Shown here: positions 54,732 through 64,000 of the stretch, in pieces
Position numbering within the stretch: position 1 is the stretch's first letter
Layout: each line of letters starts with the position of its first letter
NCBI GenBank assembly: GCA_958296075.1
Contig: CATQHW010000001.1
Location: forward strand, 783,859-847,858
Direction: 5' to 3'
DNA length: 64,000 nt
From: an uncultured Spirochaetia bacterium
GTDB lineage: Bacteria; Spirochaetota; Spirochaetia; SZUA-6; Bin103
Translations under genes and position numbers: made by a program
Notes under the pieces: generated by a model
Seen by the model: the letters and a program-made list of their open reading frames with translations, nothing else
Told to the model about the DNA's origin: nothing
The model's database searches: none

Positions 54732-56341
54732 TGGAGTTTGTCCCGCTTTCGTGGACACATCAAGAGTGAAAACGAAAAGGAGGGACTACGATGCCGAGAA
54801 CGCATCAAGCGTATCCGCAGGAGCTTCGTCAGCGGCTGGTCGAACTGGTGCACGCCGGACGCACGCCGGAGGAACTGGCTCAGGAGTACGAGCCTTCGGC
54901 CGGGTCGATCCGCAACTGGGTCGCTCAAGGTGAACACGACACCGGACAGCGCAGCGACGGGCTCAACAGCGAGGAACGTCAGGAACTGCGCCGCCTGCGG
55001 CGCGAGAACAAGCAACTGCGCATTGAACGCGACATCCTAAAAAAGCAGCGGCTTGGTTCGCTCGGGAGAGCGACTCGATCCCGGCGCGGGATTCCAGTTC
55101 GTGAAGGCGAATCAGGCCGTCTGGCCGGTGCGCACCGTCTGCCGGGTGCTGGGTCTCTCCCCCAGCGGCTACTACGCATGGGTGGGTCGCGCACCGTCGG
55201 CGCGGGCACGCCGGGATCAGCAACTGCAGGAGCAGATCAAAGAGCTCTGGGACGCCAACCGGCAGGGGTATGGACGCCCGCGCATCCATGCCGAGTTGCA
55301 GGAGTCAGGCCAGCGAGTGAGCGCGAAGCGGGTCGGGCGCCTGATGCAGCGCGCCGGCATCGCCGGGGCCAGCCGCAGGCGGCAGGTGCAGACCACCACG
55401 CGCGTGGAGCGTGCCGCGCATGGCGCCGGACTTGGTGCAGCGGGACTTCACGGCCGCCCGGGCCGACCGCCTGTGGGTAGCCGACATTACCTACGTGCCG
55501 ACGTGGTCGGGGTTTCTGTATCTGGCGGTGGTGCTCGATGTCTGGAGCCGCCGGGTGGTGGGCTGGTCGATGGCCACGCACCTGCGCACGCAGTTGGTGC
55601 TGGGGGCGTTGGACATGGCGATCTGGCAGCGCCGCCCGCGTGGCGTGGTGCATCACAGCGACCAAGGCTCGCAGTACCCCTCGATCGCGTTCGGGGTGCG
55701 GTGCCAGGAGGCTGACGTGACCGTCGACCGGCACGGTGGGCGATGCCTGCGACAACGCGCTGTGCGAGAGCTTCTTCGCGACCCTGGAGTGCGAGTTGCT
55801 GGATCGTCACCGCTTTCGCGGCCACGCTGAGGCGCGCTTGGCGGTGTTCGAGTTCATCGAGGGCTTCTCCAACCGACGCAGGAGACATTCGGCGCTGGGC
55901 TACCGGTCGCCGGTCGCCTTCGAGGCCGCTCAGAGCGGCGTGAGGGCGAGCGCATGAGCACTGCCGTGGTGGGGATCCGGGCCGTGGCAACCGGTCGCAC
56001 TGAGCCGCAGAGCGGCCCGTTGCGGCCCGTGCGAATGGCGGCTCATGACGGCGTGGCGGCTGGCCGTAGGACTCCTGCGATCTGCCCGGCGGTCGGGTCC
56101 GGGCCGGTGCGGGTGCGCCGACGCGGCTCGGACGATCGGGCGACGAGCGCCCGCGAGCGCGGTTGCCGTTGCCGTACCGTCGCGTTCGGCAGCCGCATCC
56201 TGTTGGCACGACAGAGGTCCCCAGGCCGCCGCAAGCACGAGGAGGGAGCTTGACCTGCCGGCTACGCCGGGAGGAAGGTTCCCTCTCACCGGAGTATCAA
56301 AACCTCAGCGATTACCTGTCCGCCAAACCGGGACAATTCCA
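54732..56341 (+). mobile_element. IS3-family insertion sequence with degenerate orfB
   Basis: IRL TGGAGTTTGTCCCGCTTTCGTGGACA and IRR TGTCCGCCAAACCGGGACAATTCCA; orfA at 54791; A6G slippery site 55039..55045; WVADITY, HSDQGSQY, DNALCESFF with extra frameshifts; no target duplication seen. Confidence 0.92.
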
Positions 56342-56343
56342 TA

Positions 56344-56373
56344 TTGACAAGATAAAGAATTAGGATATAGATT
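56344..56373 (+). promoter_or_regulatory. Sigma70-type promoter for the binding-protein gene
   Basis: TTGACA-N18-TAGATT (or N16-TATAGA) in an AT-rich patch right after the IS. Confidence 0.6.
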
Positions 56374-57283
56374 GTAGACGACGTCGGGGGGAGTTCCGCG
56401 ACGCTTTCCGACGAGGAGGAAACATGAAGCGACTCATCATCGGATCGATCGCGAGCCTCATGGTCATCGGCGCGAGCGCGTATGCTCAGTATGTCGAAGG
56501 ACCGTGGTTTGCGGAGCAGGTTGCGCGCGGCGACCTGCCGCCGATCGAGGAACGGCTCCCGGTGGAGCCGCTGGTGCTGGTGCCCGGCGCCGGGTACGCG
56601 TTCTCGGCCGGGGGCATGCACACCGAAGGCTCGTACGACCGCGGTTCCGTCGACATCCCCAATATCCAGGGCCTGACCTCTACGCCATTCAGCGTGCACC
56701 GGTTCGAGACCACGCTGCTGCCGTGGGCCTGGAAGGGATGGGAAAGCTCGGCCGACAACATGATCTGGACGTTCTACATGCGGGAAGGCATGAAGTGGTC
56801 CGACGGCGACGATTACACCGCCGACGACATCCTGTTCTGGTTCGAGAACGTGCACGGCGAAACCGAAGCCGCGGCTCAGTACCGGGAAGCGGGGGCACGG
56901 ACCAAGAACGCCGTGGCGGACGCTACCGAACGTATCGAGAAGGTGGACGACTACACGCTGCGCTTCCATCTCAAGGCGCCGGATCCGCGTTTCGAGTGGC
57001 TGGTCGGTCAGCGCTCCGAGCGTGAGCTGCTGAACGTCGACTCCCACTACCTGCCGCAGTTCCATCCGGCGAGCGGCGACGCCGAGGCGTTGGCCGCCAA
57101 GGTTTCCGCGGGCGAGTTCGACACCTGGATGCAGCTCTTCGACGATCGGCGCGACCAGATGGGCAACACCAATCCCGACAAGCCGCACCTGATGCCGTGG
57201 GGGCCGTCCGACCCGCCGCCGGCCAACCCGGCGGTGTTCAGCGCCAACCCGTACAACTGGATGGTGGTGGATGACCGCGTCCT

Positions 57284-57725
57284 GCCGACGCCGTGCCCGC
57301 CGACGCCGACGCCGACGCCGTTCCCGCCGACGCCGACGCCGTTCCCGATGCCGACGCAGGAGATCAATGACAACTGGGATCGGATGATCCAGGAGGCGGG
57401 CACGGACACGCTGACCGAGTTGACGCACGAGTGGTACCGCCGCCAGGCCGATCAGGTCTGGACGCTCCCGCACCTGACGTTCCCGCCGACGCCGACGCCG
57501 ACGCCGTTCCCGACGCCGACGCCGTTCCCGACGCCGACGCCGTTCCCGACGCCGACGCCGTTCCCGATGCCGACGCCGTGCCCGATGCCGACGCAGGAGA
57601 TCAATGACAACTGGGATCGGATGATCCAGGAGGCGGGCACGGACACGCTGACCGAGTTGACGCACGAGTGGTACCGCCGCCAAGCCGATCAGGTCTGGAC
57701 GCTCCCGCACCTGACGTTCCCGCCG
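57284..57725 (+). repeat. Pro-Thr coding tandem repeats plus a 145-bp direct duplication (57344..57488 / 57581..57725)
   Basis: CCGACG hexamers, 18-bp unit CCGACGCCGACGCCGTTC x4; the 145-bp copies differ at one base. Confidence 0.95.
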
Positions 57726-57736
57726 GAGCTCGACGT

Positions 57737-58222
57737 ATGAGCGTCGAGCGCGACTGGCTGACCCGGCACCCGCTGCAGGGCTGGCGGGGCGTGGCCGTGC
57801 GCGACTCACGGGACGGCGTGACCGAGCTGCGGCACGTGGGGTGCGTCGGCGACGACGTGAGCGAGACGGGGGAGGCTATGCCGGTCCCGCGCGGTACCGA
57901 CATCCCACCGCGCTGCACCGTCTGCGAGGCGCCGATCGAGCAGGCCGCCCCCGTGACCGCCGGCGATCTCGTCCCCGTCCCCGACCCGCAGACGATCGGC
58001 CAGCGCCTAGTCGGGGCCATCCGGGCCGCGATCGAGGAGGCGCAGGCCGAGGTGCAGGTAGTCCTCGACGACACCGACGATGGCAACGACCGCCGTGCGG
58101 CGACGCTGGGTCACGACCTGCAGGCCGCCGGGCTCTGGGACATGCAGGGACGGCTCGCCGACCTGATATCGGGAGCGGATATCGCAGTAGAGGCCGGATG
58201 GGACCTGGAGGAGGAGGAGTGA
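57737..58222 (+). CDS. Hypothetical acidic protein (phage-like) within the insert
   Basis: 161 aa; HxxC and CxxC motifs; stop overlaps a following GTG. Confidence 0.6.
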   Translation: MSVERDWLTRHPLQGWRGVAVRDSRDGVTELRHVGCVGDDVSETGEAMPVPRGTDIPPRCTVCEAPIEQAAPVTAGDLVPVPDPQTIGQRLVGAIRAAIEEAQAEVQVVLDDTDDGNDRRAATLGHDLQAAGLWDMQGRLADLISGADIAVEAGWDLEEEE

Positions 58223-58230
58223 GCGACAGC
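57740..58230. mobile_element. 491-bp foreign fragment flanked by duplicated ATG, carrying ORF 57737..58222
   Basis: Removing 57740..58233 gives GAC GTA TGG CAG CCC AAC in the SBP frame. Confidence 0.78.
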
Positions 58231-58332
58231 ATGGCAGCCCAACTTCAAGGGCGTCCATCCGCGGACCGGCCAGCCGTTCGAGTTCGGAGGCATGTGGTAC
58301 GAGTAGCGCGTGATCTGACCGTTCGAAACGAC

Positions 58333-58891
58333 TGAGGTGGTCCTGGAAAACTAGACAGGAGGTTAAGGTGTATTTCCAGGCCTTGAGGGGCCGACGAGAT
58401 GGCGACGAAACGGCGTCGATTCACAGCGGAGTTCAAAACCCGGGTGGCGCTGGAAACGCTGCGTGGTGACCGTACGATCCAGGTCTGCAGGAACTGTTCG
58501 CGGGCGGCGCCAGCCGCCCGCAAGCCGATCACGCAGCGACCATTCATGACCTGCACGCCAAGATCGGCGAGTTGACCGTGGAGCGCGATTTTAGCACGCG
58601 GGCTCGCGCGCTGAGCCGTGCGGAGCGACGGATGATGATCGACCGCGACCACGAAGGCTTGAGCTTGAGCCGTCAGTGCGTGCTGCTCGGGCTGAGTCGT
58701 TCGGCGCTGTACTACACGCCGGTCGGCCAGAGCGCCGAGACCTTGGCACTGATGCGACGCATCGACGAACGGTACTTGCGCTTCCCGTTCTACGGGAGCC
58801 GCAGATGGCGCGCCATCTGGCGCGTGAGGGGGTGTCGGTCGGCCGCCACCGGAGTGCGCCGGCTGATGCGCTTGCTGGGCTTGGAGGCGAT

Positions 58892-58898
<7 letters not shown>
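58333..58898 (+). mobile_element. Truncated IS3-family element
   Basis: Left end TGAGGTGGTCCTGGAAAACTAGACA; MATKRRRFTAEFKTRVALE; RQCVLLGLSRSALYY, PFYGSR, GLEAIY; DDE domain missing. Confidence 0.88.
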
Positions 58899-60532
<1,634 letters not shown>

Positions 60533-60616
60533 TTTCGCGTCAGCCTCGCCTCGGGCAGTATACGCGCTCTCGGGCGATATCGAGAGTCCAACGGCGGTAC
60601 CCGGCCGCGGCGACCG

Positions 60617-61588
60617 ATGATCCAGGCTGCTCGTAGTATGATGCGAGTGACAATGGTAACTCTCAGAACACGAAAACCGATCGTCGGTCTGCCCATCATC
60701 GCGCTGCTGTGGGCCGCGTCTCCTTCGCTGGCGATGGCGCACGAGCTCCAGGACGGCGTGCCGCGCATCGCCGTGGTGTCCGCCTTCGCGCCGGAGCTGG
60801 CGGTCCTCAAGGAAGACCTGGAAGGCGCTACGGCGTACTCGCTGAATGGCGTCGAGTTCTCCGTCGGGACGCTGCAGGGGCGGGACGTCGCGCTGTTCCT
60901 GAGCGGCATCAGCGTCGTCAACGCGGCGATGACGACCCAGCTCGCGCTCGATCACTTCGGAATCGAACGGATCGTCTTCTCCGGCATCGCCGGCGGCGTC
61001 GATCCCGCGCTCGGCATCGGCGACATCGTGATCGCCGACCGGTGGGGCCAGTATCTCGAACTGGTCTTCGCCCGCGAGGTCGAAGGCGGATGGAGCACGC
61101 TGCCGTTCTTCGACTATCCGTACCCGAACTTCGGCATGATGTTTCCGCGCTCGGTCACCGTGCAGCGGACCGGCGCCGGCGCTCCGGAGACCCGTTTCTG
61201 GTTCCCGGTCGACGCTACGCTGCTGGCCGCCGCCCGGGTGGCAGCCGCGGAGGTGGCGCTCGCTCGCTGTACGGCGGACGACACCTGTCTGCGGCTCAAA
61301 CCCCGGATCGTGGTCGGCGGCGCCGGCGTCTCCGGGAGCGCCTTCATCGACAACGCGGCGTTCCGGGAATATGCGTTCGAGACCTTCGGCGCGCGCGTGC
61401 TGGATATGGAGAGCGCCGCCGTGGCGCACGTGGCCTACGCGAACGACGTCCCGTTCATCGCCATCCGCAGCCTGTCCGACCTGGCGGGTGGCGGCGACGG
61501 CGAAAACCAGCTCGAGGTCTTTCTCGATCTTGCCGCCGGCAACGCCGCGGCAGTCGTCAAGGCGTTCTTGCGCGCGCTGCCCGAATAG
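60617..61588 (+). CDS. Exported 5'-methylthioadenosine/SAH nucleosidase family protein
   Basis: [36 protein letters not shown]; N-terminal signal peptide. Confidence 0.88.
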   Translation: MIQAARSMMRVTMVTLRTRKPIVGLPIIALLWAASPSLAMAHELQDGVPRIAVVSAFAPELAVLKEDLEGATAYSLNGVEFSVGTLQGRDVALFLSGISVVNAAMTTQLALDHFGIERIVFSGIAGGVDPALGIGDIVIADRWGQYLELVFAREVEGGWSTLPFFDYPYPNFGMMFPRSVTVQRTGAGAPETRFWFPVDATLLAAARVAAAEVALARCTADDTCLRLKPRIVVGGAGVSGSAFIDNAAFREYAFETFGARVLDMESAAVAHVAYANDVPFIAIRSLSDLAGGGDGENQLEVFLDLAAGNAAAVVKAFLRALPE

Positions 61589-61711
61589 CCCGGCCTACAC
61601 GGGCGGCGGGGAGGACGTCGAGGCACGAAAAAGGCGCCAGAGCCGGCTCGTCCGAGCCAACTCCGGCGCCGTCGTCAGGCGTGTTGAGCGGGTGCGATCC
61701 CGCGGGATCGC

Positions 61712-63715
61712 CTATTGGTCGCGGAACCAGACCTCCAGCCGGCCGAGATCGCCGCAGTGCCAGCAGTTCTCCGGATCGTCCCCGGGCACGTTGGCCATGT
61801 TGTAGGAAGTGATGATCGTGTTCACCCCACCGACGATGCCGATCGCCCACAGATTGTCGGCATGCAGGTCCGTGATCTGCTTCATCGTGGCGATCCGATC
61901 GTTCACGTCGGCCTGGGTCGCCAGCAACTGGCGAAGCGCCACGCCTTCCTTGATCACGTCCGGCGGCTCCTCGCCTTCGGCTCCGTCGGTCGCAACCCAC
62001 TGCGTCCACCTCGGCGCGAAGTAGGCGTGGTTGCTGTACGGCGCTCCGAAGCTGGCGGTCTCCAGCACGGCGGTCGAGTAGGTGGACCACGCCGGGCCGA
62101 TGTAGGCCTGCATTTCGCCGCTGTTGCGCACCGACTGCAGTCCCCCCCACCCGTCGGTCGAGCGGATGTTCATGTTGATGCCGACGTCGCCCAGGTTGAG
62201 CTTGACCAGGTCGGCCACCTCGGCGCTGTTGTACTGAATGCGGATCGTCGCGGTGAAATCCAGCGGCTTACCCTTCCACAGGCGGTTGCCGTCCTCGTCA
62301 CGCCCGGCCAAGCCGGCGCTGTCGAGCAGGCTGTTGGCCGTCTCCAGGTCGTAGTCGCCGCACACCGTGGCGGCGCGCTCGTTGTAGTACGGGCTGCGCT
62401 CGGAGTACGCCAGCGGCCCGAACGGCACCGCGCCGAAGTAGATCAGCGTGGCGATCGCCTCACGGTTGATGGCGTGCGAGACGCCGCAGCGGAAGTCGCG
62501 GTTGGAGATCAGCTCGCGCATGTCGGGATCGTTGGTGGTCTGGTTGAACTCCAGAAGTTGCGCGCCGCCGACCAGGTGCGTACCGCCCCAACTCACGGCG
62601 CGGATGGTCTGCTCGTTCGCCTCGGCCGTCTTGGCGGCCGGGAAGATGTCCAGCCCCAGGAAGATCGCCCAGTCGTACTCGCCGTTCAGCGCCCGCAGCT
62701 TGAGGACGGTCGGATCGGTGGTCGAATCCTGGCGCACCTCGTCGAAGTACGGGAGCTGCTGGCCGATCGCGTCGACCGCCAGGTAGTAGGGGTTGCGCTC
62801 GAACACGTACGTCGTGGCCGGAGCCCCAACCTTCAGCACCCACGGCGCCATGGTCGGCAGATCGGGGTTGGCGCGCGGGAAGCCCTCTCCCTCGTCGATC
62901 CGGTCCTTGAAGAACTCGGCGGCAGTCGCGAAGCCGGCCTCCTTGGCCATCGCGTCGACCTTTTCCTGCCCCGCGTACTTCGGATGGAACTGACTCAGGT
63001 AGCCCTTGTGGAACCAGACCAGGTAGTGCTCGGCCAAGCGCCCCACCTCGGCGATGTTGGTCTGCGGGTAGGTGAAGCTGAAGGTGTAGTCGTCGATGAC
63101 CTCGAACTCCGCGTCCGCGACGTGGCGCGAACCGCCGGTGACTCCCGTTCCGAACGGCTCGTAGTGGGCTACGTCTTCTACGAAGAAGGCGACGTCTTCG
63201 GTGGTGACCGGGGTGCCGTCGGAGTACTTGGCGCCCTTGCGCAGCGTCATGGTCCAGGTGCGTCCGTCATTGGACGACTCCATCGCTTGGCAGGTGCGCA
63301 GGAACTGGTTGACCTGGCCTCCGTATTCGTTGGAGCGGCACATGACCCGCGAATGGTTGCTGGCGATCGCCTCCGGCCCGTTCCCCTGGATCCTGGCGAC
63401 GTCCTGATAGGTGCCGATCTTCTTCACCTCGCTGGTGGGCAGCAGGACCAGCGGTTCGTCCGGCAGCCGCTGTTCCACCGGCGGCAGGTCCATGGCGTCC
63501 AGCATCGGCGCCTGCGTCAGCGTCAGCATCTGCCCGGTGGCCTGCTGCCACTCCGAGAGGTCCCAGGCGTTCTGGCCGTGGTTGTCGGCGATCACGGCCG
63601 CCGATCCGCCGCCAGCCATCATCGCTCCCTCGCCTTCGCCGGCAGCGAAAGCCGCGGCTGCCCCGGTGATCGTGAGCACCGCCAGCAAGCCGTAACGAAC
63701 GATCTTCTGCGTCAT
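61712..63715 (-). CDS. Family-5 (peptide/nickel-type) ABC substrate-binding protein
   Basis: Signal peptide, LPPVEQRLP, LRKGAKYSDG, ERNPYY, QQLPYFD. Confidence 0.92.
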   Translation of the reverse strand: MTQKIVRYGLLAVLTITGAAAAFAAGEGEGAMMAGGGSAAVIADNHGQNAWDLSEWQQATGQMLTLTQAPMLDAMDLPPVEQRLPDEPLVLLPTSEVKKIGTYQDVARIQGNGPEAIASNHSRVMCRSNEYGGQVNQFLRTCQAMESSNDGRTWTMTLRKGAKYSDGTPVTTEDVAFFVEDVAHYEPFGTGVTGGSRHVADAEFEVIDDYTFSFTYPQTNIAEVGRLAEHYLVWFHKGYLSQFHPKYAGQEKVDAMAKEAGFATAAEFFKDRIDEGEGFPRANPDLPTMAPWVLKVGAPATTYVFERNPYYLAVDAIGQQLPYFDEVRQDSTTDPTVLKLRALNGEYDWAIFLGLDIFPAAKTAEANEQTIRAVSWGGTHLVGGAQLLEFNQTTNDPDMRELISNRDFRCGVSHAINREAIATLIYFGAVPFGPLAYSERSPYYNERAATVCGDYDLETANSLLDSAGLAGRDEDGNRLWKGKPLDFTATIRIQYNSAEVADLVKLNLGDVGINMNIRSTDGWGGLQSVRNSGEMQAYIGPAWSTYSTAVLETASFGAPYSNHAYFAPRWTQWVATDGAEGEEPPDVIKEGVALRQLLATQADVNDRIATMKQITDLHADNLWAIGIVGGVNTIITSYNMANVPGDDPENCWHCGDLGRLEVWFRDQ

Positions 63716-63800
63716 TCGGTCCTTCCTTCGTCTTTGGTATGGATTCGTCATGGTACCGCCGCGCGACCCGCCGCGCAAGCTCCGGCCGCGATGATCGGTT

Positions 63801-64000
63801 TTACGACTTGTACGGGTCGGCGGCGTCGCGCAGGCCGTCGCCGACGAAGTTGAACGCCAGGATGAAGATCACCACTGGCGCCACGGGCCACAGCAGCCAC
63901 GGAGCGAACAGGATGGTGCGGAGCTGCTGCGCGTCCTGCAGCATCACGCCCCAGCTCACCACCGGCTCGTGCAGGCCCAGCCCCAGGAAGCTCAGGGCGG
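63801..64000 (-). CDS. OppC/DppC-type ABC permease, C-terminal part
   Basis: LSFLGLG..SWGVML..FNFVGDGLRDAADP*. Confidence 0.9.
   Translation of the reverse strand, partial: ALSFLGLGLHEPVVSWGVMLQDAQQLRTILFAPWLLWPVAPVVIFILAFNFVGDGLRDAADPYKS

Larger units (their letters stand above)
56424..58306 (+). pseudogene. Family-5 ABC substrate-binding protein, rearranged and interrupted
   Basis: Signal peptide, LPPIEERLP, REGMKWSDG..TADD; Pro-Thr repeats; tail WQPNFKGV..MWYE* at 58232..58306 beyond the insert. Confidence 0.85.

Noticed and set aside
53735-55015. 426-aa HEPN fusion ORF
   Set aside because: The upstream part is antisense to yefM and IS3 orfA; the real gene starts near 54166.
57284-57725. 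Possible CRISPR array
   Set aside because: The repeats are in-frame Pro-Thr codons without unique spacers, and no cas genes are present.

Overview
High-GC bacterial chromosomal window. It alternates intact catabolic genes with heavily eroded defence and mobile islands. The catabolic set comprises four PhyH-type 2OG/Fe dioxygenases, two sulfatases, a GH29 fucosidase, Gfo/Idh/MocA oxidoreductases, amidohydrolases, a sterol-desaturase-family protein, a MoxR/DUF58 operon and ABC binding proteins. This content resembles sponge-symbiont genomes (inference only). Three features stand out. (1) Three transposase-free foreign DNA pieces of 2056, 842 and 491 bp sit inside a sulfatase copy, a Type III Res gene and an ABC binding-protein gene. 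Each is flanked by a 2-3 bp duplication, and removing it rejoins the host sequence at the junction. (2) A Type I R-M locus has its HsdS fused to an MNT nucleotidyltransferase, coupled to an upstream HEPN gene, with an array of candidate defence genes between hsdS and hsdR. (3) Two apparent tandem duplications have decayed reciprocally, and many accessory genes are reduced to short scars. No rRNA, tRNA or CRISPR array was recognised. Family calls come from motifs read by eye, not from database searches.
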